Shown one piece after another: positions 42,899 to 53,342 of a stretch of 64,000 nucleotides of DNA; the stretch's first letter is position 1; every line of letters starts with the position of its first letter. The notes beneath the pieces were generated by a model, which was not told where the DNA came from, made no database searches, and saw only the letters and a program-made list of their open reading frames with translations. Source of the stretch: a candidate division WOR-3 bacterium. Lineage in GTDB: Bacteria > Hydrothermota > 32-111. The position numbers and the translations under genes were made by a program. The stretch spans positions 128,001-192,000 of the forward strand of contig JBDRZU010000002.1 of assembly GCA_039804105.1 (NCBI GenBank), given 5' to 3'.

Positions 42899-44144
42899 AA
42901 AATCACTTTTAACCTTTGTAAGTGAGCTGATCATTGTTTTTATAGGGATAGGTACAACAATTATAATCAATAGAGGTTTAGGTCCTGTGAACAAGGGTTA
43001 CTATGCTTATATAATTCTCGTGTCGTCAACTCTTTCTATGGTTCTCGAATTTGGATTTTCTACAGGTCTTTCTTACTATTCGGGGAAAAAGATATCATTA
43101 TCTCAGGACAAATGGAAAACACTTTCCATTATTTTAATGTTTGTTTTTTTTCTAATATCGATTGTAGCGACTTTCCTTTTAATATTATTTTATGATGATC
43201 AGAGAGGGTATTTTATCATTCCATTGTTATTTTTTGTCCAGATATCATCAAAATTCACTCTTGGACTTTATCTCGGATCACTAAAAATAAAACTTTTCAA
43301 CATAATCAGAACACTCCCTATATTCATCGAGATAACATTATTAATAACTCTAATAATTTTAAAAATTCAACTCACACCTGTGAACATATCCCTTGTATAC
43401 TTTTTCTCACTTTTTATTCCACTTGCAATGTCAATATATTTTTTGTTTCCGTTCAAGTTTCAAATTCCTAACATTAAAGAACTTGTATCCATAACCAGAT
43501 ACAGTTTTTTTATCTATCTTGCGAATCTAATGTCTTTTTTAAATTACAGAATCGATATGTTTTTGATATCTTTTTTTCTAAAACCTGAATACCTTGGATG
43601 GTATTCGGTTGCAGTTTTTATAATTGAAAAAACACGATTGTTATCCCAGTCAACCTCACTTGTGAATTTCGCATTAAAAGTAAATCAGGATGTAAAAGAT
43701 TCTTTTGAAATATCAATGAGGATTGTAAACAGCATCAACATTCTTGTTGCAACTTTTATAGTTATAACAGCGTATCCTCTCATAACCATTCTCTACTCTC
43801 CCGCATATAAAGAATCGATAATTCCAATGATCATTCTTGCACCAGCCATACTCTCAAATGGGTATGCAAAAATGTTGTCTTCTGAACTTTCAGGTGATGG
43901 TATTATAAAAGTTCAATTACTCGCTTCGATAATAAGTGTTCTAATAAACATCATTTTAAATCTTGTACTTATACCAAAATTTAAAATCATCGGAGCATCG
44001 ATTGCATCTTTATTTTCATATACTTTAAACACTTTAATAATTTTAACATTCTTTTTGAAACATTACAAAAAGAATTTTAAAAATATGATGATAATAAACA
44101 GAACCGATTTAATTAAAATTATTAACTATTTTAAATCTCTTTGA
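42891..44144 (+). CDS. wzx: Wzx-type flippase
   Basis: R.LGP..KG.Y, RID, G.YSVA, LN..LIP...IIGASIAS. Confidence 0.85.
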   Translation: MFKKSLLTFVSELIIVFIGIGTTIIINRGLGPVNKGYYAYIILVSSTLSMVLEFGFSTGLSYYSGKKISLSQDKWKTLSIILMFVFFLISIVATFLLILFYDDQRGYFIIPLLFFVQISSKFTLGLYLGSLKIKLFNIIRTLPIFIEITLLITLIILKIQLTPVNISLVYFFSLFIPLAMSIYFLFPFKFQIPNIKELVSITRYSFFIYLANLMSFLNYRIDMFLISFFLKPEYLGWYSVAVFIIEKTRLLSQSTSLVNFALKVNQDVKDSFEISMRIVNSINILVATFIVITAYPLITILYSPAYKESIIPMIILAPAILSNGYAKMLSSELSGDGIIKVQLLASIISVLINIILNLVLIPKFKIIGASIASLFSYTLNTLIILTFFLKHYKKNFKNMMIINRTDLIKIINYFKSL

Positions 44145-44145
44145 T

Positions 44146-46143
44146 ATGATTATTTTTCTTATTTTTATTTTAGGTTTTTTTTGTCTAAATCTTAATGGTT
44201 CAATAGAAAAAGAATATCTTGTTGGATGGTATTTAAACAATGATGAGAAAATTTCAAAATCTTTTCTTGGCATCGATGGTGGATATTACAAAGATGACTT
44301 TACTACCTATTATGATATTTTCATACAGTATACCCTTTATAACCGAGAAAAAGATTTAACAAAAATCGATCCTTTAAAATTTCAACCTTTGTTAAATTTA
44401 CCTCATACAAAATATGTAATCATAACTCTCCCTTCATACTCAACATTTTCGAGAAACCTTTTTTCCTTTTTTAACTCTGATTCAAACAATATTTCAATTC
44501 TTAAGTATGGAAAAGTTTTTCTTATAAACAAAAATAGTAGAAAAATATTGGATGAAGAAAATATTAAAAATTACATTTCCACATTCTGGGACAAAGAAAT
44601 TCCAACATATGGAGTTCTTAAAGTTAAAGATTTGAAAAAAGATGAAAAAATTTTGATCGAGATCTATAAAGATAAAATCTTCAATTTAAAGTCGAATGCA
44701 GCTGTTAACATCTATTTTGATATATTCGGTTTATCATACAAATTACTTAATAAAAACTCTTATATCAATATAATTTTTGATCTATCGTTTGAAGATTCTT
44801 TTTTCCATTTTATAATTGGAAATAGAACAAACACTTTTATCGATCAAAAATACAAAAATTTTATCAGAACAGATTTTAATATAAGCAAGATTTCAGGTAG
44901 CAAAAAAATAAATATATCAAAACAAGATCGAGAAAAATATATTTTGAACCTACCTTCAGATCAAACCCTTGATACAATCTGGCAAACTTTTCAATTCAAC
45001 ATAAAAGATTTTCTTGATGAAAAATTCGGATTAAAGAATTATAGGATAGTTGGACTAAGGATCATATTAAAAGACACATATCTTGGTAATTTCAATTTTT
45101 CTTACAAAAATCAAAAGAAGGTTCAGCAGGCAAAATTTATAGTTGACTCATTGTGCTCTCTTGGTGATAAAAGAATAATTGGATTTTATCTGGAAGATGA
45201 AATAGAACCAAAAACCATAATAAACCTTGATAGATGGTTTTTTGAGTACCGTAACGATATTTACAAAAATAATCTTCTAAAAAGAAACGATGAAACAACC
45301 ATTTACTATATAAACGAAATTATCGATTATATCAAAAGCAAAAACCATATTCCCTTTGTTTTACATTCAGCACAGTTTTATGATTATAAAAATGATGATA
45401 AACTGAAACTGATGATGTTTGAAGATACATCTTTTCTTATCACAAGCGATTATATAATGTTTGATGATTATCTATACGATGAGTACTTTTTAAAAAGGTT
45501 TAAAAAAATATACGATTTTGCAAAACAAAATTCGAAAAAGATTCTTTACATAGGAGATGCTTATAAAGATATAAAAAATGATAAATTAAAGTTTGATAAA
45601 ATAAAATGGAGATTCTTTTCTCCATATATTTTAGGTTCAAATGGAATAATTTTTTATGCATATTATTATAACAATACTGACAGTAGAGAAAAATTTCAAA
45701 ATGATTTTTATAAACAAAAAATAGGACTTTTTTCAAAATTTTTAAGTGAAACATCCCTAAAAAGGATCGAAAATTCCAAAGAATTTTTTGTTCAAAAAGG
45801 ATCATATGAAAGATACTCAAAAATAGTTTTAACAAATGATGAGAAAATATTTTTTCTATATCTAACGAATACAAAAGATGAGAATTACCCCCTTAATTGT
45901 CAATTTGATCTCGAAGACGAAGATATGATCCATTTAAAAACTTTTCTCCATGAAAAAAAATTTAAAATATATCAGGTCAATTTCAAATATTTTGAAAATC
46001 CTGAAAAGATAAAAGAATATCTCCTCCCCATATCAATAAAAAATGAAACAGGTCTAATTGAAATTTTTAAAAATTATGAACTATCAAAATTCAACAATAG
46101 ATTTGATATAAAAATAACAGTATTTAACAATATCAAAGAATAG
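44146..46143 (+). CDS. Exported hypothetical protein, possible glycoside hydrolase TIM barrel
   Basis: N-terminal hydrophobic signal, IIGFYLEDEIE, DYIMFDDY, G.NGIIFYAY. Confidence 0.5.
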   Translation: MIIFLIFILGFFCLNLNGSIEKEYLVGWYLNNDEKISKSFLGIDGGYYKDDFTTYYDIFIQYTLYNREKDLTKIDPLKFQPLLNLPHTKYVIITLPSYSTFSRNLFSFFNSDSNNISILKYGKVFLINKNSRKILDEENIKNYISTFWDKEIPTYGVLKVKDLKKDEKILIEIYKDKIFNLKSNAAVNIYFDIFGLSYKLLNKNSYINIIFDLSFEDSFFHFIIGNRTNTFIDQKYKNFIRTDFNISKISGSKKINISKQDREKYILNLPSDQTLDTIWQTFQFNIKDFLDEKFGLKNYRIVGLRIILKDTYLGNFNFSYKNQKKVQQAKFIVDSLCSLGDKRIIGFYLEDEIEPKTIINLDRWFFEYRNDIYKNNLLKRNDETTIYYINEIIDYIKSKNHIPFVLHSAQFYDYKNDDKLKLMMFEDTSFLITSDYIMFDDYLYDEYFLKRFKKIYDFAKQNSKKILYIGDAYKDIKNDKLKFDKIKWRFFSPYILGSNGIIFYAYYYNNTDSREKFQNDFYKQKIGLFSKFLSETSLKRIENSKEFFVQKGSYERYSKIVLTNDEKIFFLYLTNTKDENYPLNCQFDLEDEDMIHLKTFLHEKKFKIYQVNFKYFENPEKIKEYLLPISIKNETGLIEIFKNYELSKFNNRFDIKITVFNNIKE

Positions 46144-46180
46144 ATTTTATTTCACAAATTTAAAGTTTGACCATTTAAAC

Positions 46181-46208
46181 TTGACAGAGATATTTATAGA
46201 GTTATTAT
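46181..46208 (+). promoter_or_regulatory. Putative promoter, leaderless (6 nt to ATG)
   Basis: TTGACA-16-TATTAT. Confidence 0.6.
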
Positions 46209-46214
46209 TAAATT

Positions 46215-47366
46215 ATGAAAATAGATCAAAAAGAGATTTTGAATGAACTTATAGAAATTTCAATAATGATTAGTTCCATCCCCAATCTTAACCAACTTCT
46301 TGAAATAGTGTTAAAAAAAGCAAGAGAGATAACAAACTCTGATGCTGGTTCCCTTTATTTAAAAGATAAAAACAGATTGGTGTTTTTGATAACTCAAAAC
46401 GATACATTAAAGGACATACATAAAAAATTCAAGGCATTTCCTATAAACATTGATAAAACATCTATAGCAGGTTATGCTGCTTTTACAAAAAATATTATCA
46501 ACATTCCAGATGTTTATATGCTTTCCAATGAATATCCTTTCTCTTTCAATGACGAATTTGATAAGAAAAATAATTACAGAACAAAATCTATGCTCACAAT
46601 ACCAATGAAGGATAACGAAAATGAGGTTATAGGTGTTTTACAACTTATAAATTCAAAAGATGAAAAAGGTAATATCACCTCATATTCAAAGGAGATCGAA
46701 AAGATAATAGAATCTTTTGCATCAATAGCCGCTGTTTCGATAAAGAATGTTCAACTTAAAGAAAACATCAAAAGAGCGTATCTTGAAACGATATATAGAT
46801 TATCAGTCGCTGCAGAATACAAGGACACCGATACAGGTACACACATAAAAAGAATGAGTAAATATTCTGAACTTATAGCAAAAAAACTTGGATTTTCAGA
46901 TGAGTTCTGTGAATTGATCCTTTATGCTTCACCATTACACGATATTGGAAAACTCGGTATACCAGATGCCATTCTTACAAAACCAGCAAAACTTACACCT
47001 GAAGAATGGGAAATAATGAAAAGACATACAATAATGGGATATGAGATTCTTGCTGGGTCAACAGAAAAATTAATAAATTTTGCCTCTTCAATCGCGTTAA
47101 ACCATCATGAAAGATTTGATGGAACAGGTTATCCAAGTGGAAAAAAAGGTGAAGAGATTCCTATAGAAGGAAGGATTGTAGCACTTGCCGATGTTTTCGA
47201 TGCTCTTGCTACTAAAAGACCCTATAAGGATGCATGGCCATTGGATAAGATATTAACGGAAATAGAAAATCAGAGAGACAAACAGTTTGACGGAAAGATC
47301 GTCGATGTTTTTCTATCAAATCTTGATGAGTTTTTAAAAATACAAAACGAGTTTAAAGAGGATTAA
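46215..47366 (+). CDS. GAF + HD-GYP cyclic-di-GMP phosphodiesterase
   Basis: GAF (SIAGY, FD...NYRTKSML.IP, GVLQLIN), LHDIGK, HHERFDGTGYP, ADVFDAL..RPYK. Confidence 0.93.
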   Translation: MKIDQKEILNELIEISIMISSIPNLNQLLEIVLKKAREITNSDAGSLYLKDKNRLVFLITQNDTLKDIHKKFKAFPINIDKTSIAGYAAFTKNIINIPDVYMLSNEYPFSFNDEFDKKNNYRTKSMLTIPMKDNENEVIGVLQLINSKDEKGNITSYSKEIEKIIESFASIAAVSIKNVQLKENIKRAYLETIYRLSVAAEYKDTDTGTHIKRMSKYSELIAKKLGFSDEFCELILYASPLHDIGKLGIPDAILTKPAKLTPEEWEIMKRHTIMGYEILAGSTEKLINFASSIALNHHERFDGTGYPSGKKGEEIPIEGRIVALADVFDALATKRPYKDAWPLDKILTEIENQRDKQFDGKIVDVFLSNLDEFLKIQNEFKED

Positions 47367-47623
47367 ACCTTTAATTTTAAACTCACCATTTTTGCCGTAA
47401 CTCCAGTGATTTTTTGTAAATTCTCAAACAATTCTTTTCCCTGTTTGTCGGTTCCAGCAAGTTCAACGATCAAAAGTCCACATTCTGAACATTTATTTTC
47501 AACACCATCATGTACACCAAGTCTTGTTTTTATTATGCAACCATATTTTGTGAGTGTCTCCTGAACTTTAACAGCAGATTTACTTCTGTTTGAAACAAGA
47601 ATGAGGATAACATTTTTTTTCAT
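47363..47623 (-). CDS. TM1266-like small ACT/NikR-C-fold protein (second paralog)
   Basis: R...AVKVQE.LTKYGCIIKTRLG.H; resembles 25499-25783. Confidence 0.7.
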   Translation of the reverse strand: MKKNVILILVSNRSKSAVKVQETLTKYGCIIKTRLGVHDGVENKCSECGLLIVELAGTDKQGKELFENLQKITGVTAKMVSLKLKV

Positions 47624-49077
47624 ATAACCTCCTTAAAATTGAATTTTAATTCCTTTTCCACAAAAACTTTATCCTTCATGTAAAATTTTAAATCATAATC
47701 GGTTAAATTGTCAACAAAAAAACTTTTACCTTCTATTTTCACACTCTCTTCCCTTTGTTTTAAAATCTTTTTGAGTTCATCTATTGATACACTTTTAAAT
47801 TCTTTTTCTCTTGTTAACTTTATAATTTCAAAAAGATATTTTGAATATCCCTCATAGGTAAACCTATCCAAACTGGAAGGATGAAATATAAAGTTGAATA
47901 CGCCTTTTAAATTTTTAATCTCAATTAAGACCTGTTCTATACTTTCTGTAAATTTTATTCCTCTCATCTCTTCTAAATTTAGAGCACTGTCCATAGATAT
48001 AACGGGGAACTCCACAAGATCCTTATCAAGAAAAACTGGGTTTGCAAAACCTGTAAAAAAAGAGGAACTTTTTCTGTCACCGATTGAAGAATCGGTTTTA
48101 ATATTCAACTTTTTAAAAATTTCCACATGCTTTTCTGTCAACCTGTTAAGGAAATGGAATCTCACATCGATAGATTCTTTGTCGGTTATACTCTTAAATT
48201 TTTCGACCTCATCCATTATCATGTTTTCACTCAAGAAAGATTCATAGGAAAGATGTAAACCAACAACATATTTTTTTATAAGTTTTTTAAAAAGTTTTTC
48301 CGATTCTTTGTAACTATACCTTGTTGTGAAAATATCTTTTTTTTTGGCGAAAATATAAAAAGTCGCTTTTAAACAATTTTCTTCAAGTATCTTTTGAATC
48401 TCACCTATTCTATTCCACGGATCTTTAGTTTTACAATTTTTTTTGATTTTAAAATATTGAGAAGAGAATTCGTCTTTAAAAAAATTTTTCTTTATTCCAT
48501 AATAGATATCTTTTTTCCAGTCAAAATATCTGATTCTGTCTACATCAAAAGTCAAAAGTAAAAAAGGTTCTCTTCTTTGAATTTCAAGATAATAACCATT
48601 TTTCTTTAAAAAAAATTCTCTAACAGTTTTTCCAATCTCTAAGAGAATCCTTTCAAGATAAGGTTTTTTTCTCAAAAGTTTTACTTTCTCAAAATCATCT
48701 CTTTTTGTGAATTGAAACTCTTTGAGTATAGAAGAATATATTAAAGCAAAAATATCAAATTTAAGGATCAACGAATTTGAATGTATATAAAAAAAATCTG
48801 ACTCATATTCTTTAAAAACAAGATGATGTCTGTTAAAAATTGGATGATCACCTGAAAAATCTATTCTTTCAACCTTTCCCTGATATAGAAGTGGATCTTC
48901 CAAAACATAAACAACATTCTCTTCTATTTTCTCAAGAGAGTCAGTATAAATTATTCTATTATTCGAAACAGGTATTTCAATTGTCAATGTACCAAGAACA
49001 AAATTCTTTTTTAAAGTTTCAAAATCTACTTTTTTTAATTTTCTTCTATCTTCAAAAGTTAACATATTTTTTTTCAA
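47620..49077 (-). CDS. Polysaccharide deacetylase family protein
   Basis: LTFDVD, ATFY, VGLH.SY, R.HFL, DSS.G, FHP. Confidence 0.7.
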   Translation of the reverse strand: MKKNMLTFEDRRKLKKVDFETLKKNFVLGTLTIEIPVSNNRIIYTDSLEKIEENVVYVLEDPLLYQGKVERIDFSGDHPIFNRHHLVFKEYESDFFYIHSNSLILKFDIFALIYSSILKEFQFTKRDDFEKVKLLRKKPYLERILLEIGKTVREFFLKKNGYYLEIQRREPFLLLTFDVDRIRYFDWKKDIYYGIKKNFFKDEFSSQYFKIKKNCKTKDPWNRIGEIQKILEENCLKATFYIFAKKKDIFTTRYSYKESEKLFKKLIKKYVVGLHLSYESFLSENMIMDEVEKFKSITDKESIDVRFHFLNRLTEKHVEIFKKLNIKTDSSIGDRKSSSFFTGFANPVFLDKDLVEFPVISMDSALNLEEMRGIKFTESIEQVLIEIKNLKGVFNFIFHPSSLDRFTYEGYSKYLFEIIKLTREKEFKSVSIDELKKILKQREESVKIEGKSFFVDNLTDYDLKFYMKDKVFVEKELKFNFKEVI

Positions 49078-49897
49078 GTTTAAAGTACAATTTTAAGGAA
49101 GGATCAATTTTGCTTTTATATTTAGCGATCCTTTCCGTATTAGCTCCAACAAGATCAACCTTATAACCCTTAAAATATCCTCCTTTATAGATCTGGTTCA
49201 AAAGTTCTATGGTATCTTTACCGGTTATCACATAAAGGTATGCCACTTTACTTCTATTATCAAAAAGAACAGCAACACTCGCTTTCGAATTTGAAAAAAT
49301 TTTCAACAAATCTTTTTCCCTTAACGAATCTATTATGTATATAAAATCTTTTTTATCTATATGGCTCTTCCCTTTATAAGAAATTAAATAATCCTGATAG
49401 AGTTTTTGAGAATCGGTTATCAATTTTAACCCATCAAGGGAAATCGAATCGTTTTCTTTAAATTCATCCACCATATAAGAATAACAGGGAACCACATTTA
49501 TTCCATTCCATTTAAAAATCCTAATATCATAAAAATCATAATGTAATGGTAATGAAAAATAAGCAAAATTCTTTTTAAGAAAAATAGAATATGTTGATAA
49601 TATTTCTCTAAATCTAAAAAATTTCTTTTTCTCATGCTCTGGATTATTTTTCAATATAATATTAAAGAACTGGGTGAACTGTGGAGTTAAAAATATTTTA
49701 CTGAAAAATAATTTTTTCTCGTTGACAGGAAAAAATGCTTCAATTCCATTTTCAGAAGATATAGAGTAAATTTTAATATTTTTTATCCCTCCAAAGGTTT
49801 CAAGATATTTTCTTGAAACAAAAACATTGAATCCAAAAAAATTTTCAGAATTTTTTTCATAAAAATCAAAATCGATTCTATCTATTTTCATCAACAT
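49052..49897 (-). CDS. GNAT/FemAB-like acyltransferase
   Basis: P.FT, D.R.F.W.G, DL.GAN...IAKYK. Confidence 0.55.
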   Translation of the reverse strand: MLMKIDRIDFDFYEKNSENFFGFNVFVSRKYLETFGGIKNIKIYSISSENGIEAFFPVNEKKLFFSKIFLTPQFTQFFNIILKNNPEHEKKKFFRFREILSTYSIFLKKNFAYFSLPLHYDFYDIRIFKWNGINVVPCYSYMVDEFKENDSISLDGLKLITDSQKLYQDYLISYKGKSHIDKKDFIYIIDSLREKDLLKIFSNSKASVAVLFDNRSKVAYLYVITGKDTIELLNQIYKGGYFKGYKVDLVGANTERIAKYKSKIDPSLKLYFKLEKKYVNF

Positions 49898-50231
49898 AAA
49901 GATATTCTTTTAGTTTTTCCAACCTTTTGGTTTTTATACCATCAACATATAGAAGTTCTTCTATCTTTTTGAACCCGTTCAAACTATCTCTCATCTTAAT
50001 AATTTTTTGAGCAGTTTTTTCACCTATTCCCGGGACTCTAATAAGATCATTCAATGTTACACTGTTGAGTTCATATTTTTCAGTATTGGTTTTAAGATCA
50101 CCTGTTTGAAATTCTTGAAACTCAATTTTTTTATTTTGAATTTTCTGGTTGAATAAATACAGAAATATTGAAAAAAATAGTATGACCAAAGATAGTATAA
50201 AGAAAACTCTATCTGTCATATATTGTTTCAA
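49878..50231 (-). CDS. comEA: ComEA-family helix-hairpin-helix DNA-binding protein
   Basis: N-terminal TM, LN......L..VPGIG...A..II..R...GF....EL..V.GI. Confidence 0.85.
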   Translation of the reverse strand: MKQYMTDRVFFILSLVILFFSIFLYLFNQKIQNKKIEFQEFQTGDLKTNTEKYELNSVTLNDLIRVPGIGEKTAQKIIKMRDSLNGFKKIEELLYVDGIKTKRLEKLKEYLYVDENR

Positions 50232-51090
50232 TTAAAACCTCCCCAACATCTTTTAAACTCTTTTCACTACATTTATTGGGAGTATCATATATCGTATGCC
50301 AGTATCTATATTCAATATCTATTATATTAACACATTTAAATCCTTTTTTGTTTAAAGGTATATGATCATCTTCAACAAAAAAACCTATTCTATTTATAAA
50401 ACTTTTTTTATTTAACTTTTTTGCTTTTTCAAATATTTTGTCATAAAGTTTAGAATTTGTAAATTCAGAGTTGATTTCCCTTTTTATCGTTAGATCACTA
50501 TCTCCCACCATATCAACAAGTATTGCAATTTTGGGAATCTTTCCTACATAGTTTTCTGCAAAAAACTTTGAACCCAAGAACCATTCCTCGGGGTGTGCGA
50601 CAGTTCCCCCATCTTCTCCATCAAAAAAAATAAAATCTATCCTCTCACTGTATTGGTTTTCTTTAAAAAATTTAGCAAGTGTTAAAAGAAGAGCAGTTGA
50701 AGAAGCACCATCATTTGCGCCAGGAGTTGCTTTCCCTTTTACATTGGAAAAGGGTCTCGAATCAAAGTGTGAAAATAACATAACATTTTCTTCTTTTTCT
50801 TTATTTAAAATTCCTATTATATTACAGAACTCGATCTCTTTTTTTGAATATGAAACTTTTTGTTTAAATTTTTGAACATAGACAGTATCAACATAATTTT
50901 TCAAAAAATTAATGATAAAATCAACTGTTTTTCTGTGTGCTTCACTACCTGGAACTCTTGGGCCAAAAGAACATTGCTTTTCGAGAAGTAAAAAGGAGAG
51001 TTTTGCATCAAAATCAAGGCAAAAAAAATCAACTTTTAAAAAAAGAAAAAAACTAAGAAGTAAAAATTTTTTTAAAAATTTCATCAGCAC
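50209..51090 (-). CDS. M28-family peptidase / glutaminyl cyclase-like protein
   Basis: GPRVPGS.AH, HFDSR, GANDGASS, FFDGED, DMVG, DDH.P, YWHT..D. Confidence 0.85.
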   Translation of the reverse strand: MLMKFLKKFLLLSFFLFLKVDFFCLDFDAKLSFLLLEKQCSFGPRVPGSEAHRKTVDFIINFLKNYVDTVYVQKFKQKVSYSKKEIEFCNIIGILNKEKEENVMLFSHFDSRPFSNVKGKATPGANDGASSTALLLTLAKFFKENQYSERIDFIFFDGEDGGTVAHPEEWFLGSKFFAENYVGKIPKIAILVDMVGDSDLTIKREINSEFTNSKLYDKIFEKAKKLNKKSFINRIGFFVEDDHIPLNKKGFKCVNIIDIEYRYWHTIYDTPNKCSEKSLKDVGEVLIETIYDR

Positions 51091-51616
51091 TCTTCTTTAA
51101 CTGTTCTATAGAACCAGTATTTTCAACAATAAAATCACTGAAAAGTATTTTTTTATCATCAGACCATTGGTATCTATCAAGCAACTTATATAGTTCTCTG
51201 TCAGCACCTCCCCTTTTTTCAAAAATTCTTCGAAATCTTTCGTCAAAATCACCGTCCTTTATGAGTATTATTGTATCAAAATAATAATCTATCTGCCATT
51301 CAAAAATGAGGGCTGCATCTAAAATTACATCATCATACTTTTCACAATTTTCTATTATATAATCGGGAAGATGAGTGTACATCCAGTTGTTATATTTGAC
51401 GAAAAGATTTTCATCTTTAATAATACTTTCCTTTAACCTTTCTACATAGTTTTGATCATGTTTTAAACCAAGGAAAGCAAAAATTTCTCGTTGATTTTCT
51501 CTCAAAAGTTCTTTTCCAAGTTCATCACCAAAAATTATTTTGATCTTTCCCTTTGAAAGGAATTGTGCGAATGTAGTTTTTCCAGACCCGAATTTACCGG
51601 TTATTCCTATTTTCAT
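51053..51616 (-). CDS. coaE: Dephospho-CoA kinase
   Basis: IGITGKFGSGKT, DAALIFE, DF.VEN.G. Confidence 0.8.
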   Translation of the reverse strand: MKIGITGKFGSGKTTFAQFLSKGKIKIIFGDELGKELLRENQREIFAFLGLKHDQNYVERLKESIIKDENLFVKYNNWMYTHLPDYIIENCEKYDDVILDAALIFEWQIDYYFDTIILIKDGDFDERFRRIFEKRGGADRELYKLLDRYQWSDDKKILFSDFIVENTGSIEQLKKSADEIFKKIFTS

Positions 51617-52443
51617 TTTTTATAGCAGAATGTTATAAAACTTAACCATTTCCTTCTTGGATCATCGGTTATTATAACTCTTCTTGACAGATATCTTTCA
51701 TTGAAAACAGGTTTTCTTTTCTTTCTAGATACAATTTTAAGGATATCCTTTCCTCTAAAAATATCCCATAAAAACTGAAGAATTTTCAACTTCAATCTGT
51801 TTGGAACAAAAACATTTGTGAAGGGATAAAGAAAAATTTTAAGTTTTGTGATCCTTCCGATTTCATTTTTTAAAGGGATTCCGGTGAATGTTATCCCGAA
51901 TATCTTATAAAAATCAAAATACTTTGCAAGAATAGAATCAAGTTCGTAGTAGTTAAACTCTATTATATGGTGATGGTTCCAGGGAGTTTGGAAAGGTAGT
52001 AACCTTAAGTTTGAGTTTGGAGTTGTCAGTATCAAAATACCATCATCTTTTAAAATTCTCTTCATTTCAAAAAAGAATAGATCTATGTTTTCAATATGTT
52101 CAAGAACCTGAAACGCAACAACAACATCAAAATTTTTATCCTGAAACATCAGTCCTTTTTTTTCAAGTTTATCTATAAGTAAAAATTCAAGATTTTCCTG
52201 TCCATATTTTTCCCTCGCGATTTTGATCACATCCGGAGAAAGGTCTACACCAACAACTTTTTTTGCATATTTTTTTAATATTTGACTTCCGTATCCATAA
52301 CCACATCCAAAATCAAGCACAATTTTATCTTTCACATAATCTTGTATAAGTTCATAGGACATTTTATGAAAAATCAAAAGAGGAAACGATTCGTTATTCT
52401 GAGTTAATATCTCAGGATCCAACCTTTCACTTGTTTTTTCCAT
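51613..52443 (-). CDS. Class I SAM-dependent methyltransferase
   Basis: VLDFGCGYG, GVDLS, FDVV..FQVLEH, LTTPN. Confidence 0.9.
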   Translation of the reverse strand: MEKTSERLDPEILTQNNESFPLLIFHKMSYELIQDYVKDKIVLDFGCGYGYGSQILKKYAKKVVGVDLSPDVIKIAREKYGQENLEFLLIDKLEKKGLMFQDKNFDVVVAFQVLEHIENIDLFFFEMKRILKDDGILILTTPNSNLRLLPFQTPWNHHHIIEFNYYELDSILAKYFDFYKIFGITFTGIPLKNEIGRITKLKIFLYPFTNVFVPNRLKLKILQFLWDIFRGKDILKIVSRKKRKPVFNERYLSRRVIITDDPRRKWLSFITFCYKK

Positions 52444-52454
52444 TTTAATCCCCT

Positions 52455-53342
52455 TCAGTTTAAATTTGTTTTACCTTTAACATTGGTTAACAATTTTTCA
52501 AAAAGAGAGAACAAAAAAACAAAATATAACCTTATGATGATTCCACAATAAAGCACGAATTTTAAGATTCCAGTTTTTATAAAATGTTTTCTAAAGAAAT
52601 TAAACATTCCAAGGTTATGGTAAACCTGAGCTCTTGAAAAACCTTCTCTCACACTCGCTCCATGGAAATGGAAAACTACAGCATCGGGTAAAAAAACAAC
52701 CCTTTTTCCAATTTTCTTGATCCTATAACATAGATCTGTATCCTCAACAAAAAGTTTAAAATTCTCATCAAAGAAACCAATCTTTTCTAAAAGATCTCTT
52801 CTTAACATTACGGCTGCTCCCATCATCCAATCAACATCTTGTATTTTATCATAATCAAGATATTCAAGCATAAAATCTTTGCTTATCGGATTATTCGGGA
52901 AAATGTTTCTTAAAAGTGATTTTCTACCAAAGAAAACATTCAGATAGTTTGGAAATCTTCTACATGAGAGTTGTAAACTTCCATCAAAATTTTTTAATTT
53001 CGCTCCAACCATACCAACATCATTGTTTTTTTCAAGAAAATCTGCCATCTTTTCAAGTGCATTTTCGGTAACTATAGTATCAGGATTTAGCAAACATATA
53101 AATTCACCATAACTTCTTTCCATTGCAATGTTGTTTGCATAAGCAAATCCTTTATTTTTTCTCAATCTTATGAACCTAACATTTTTGAACTCATCATAAA
53201 TTATTCTCGTAGTCCTGTCAGAGGAACAGTTATCTACAACTATTATTTCAAAATCCATTTTCTTAAAAGATGAGATAACACTCTTTAAACAACTTTTTAT
53301 AAATTTTTCTGAATTGTAGGTTACGATTATTACACTTATCAT
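52455..53342 (-). CDS. Glycosyltransferase family 2 (rhamnosyltransferase-like)
   Basis: SVIIVTYNS, VVDN.S.D, GFA.ANN, LNPD, FDE.F...EDTD; probable start ATG 53342. Confidence 0.9.
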   Translation of the reverse strand: MISVIIVTYNSEKFIKSCLKSVISSFKKMDFEIIVVDNCSSDRTTRIIYDEFKNVRFIRLRKNKGFAYANNIAMERSYGEFICLLNPDTIVTENALEKMADFLEKNNDVGMVGAKLKNFDGSLQLSCRRFPNYLNVFFGRKSLLRNIFPNNPISKDFMLEYLDYDKIQDVDWMMGAAVMLRRDLLEKIGFFDENFKLFVEDTDLCYRIKKIGKRVVFLPDAVVFHFHGASVREGFSRAQVYHNLGMFNFFRKHFIKTGILKFVLYCGIIIRLYFVFLFSLFEKLLTNVKGKTNLN

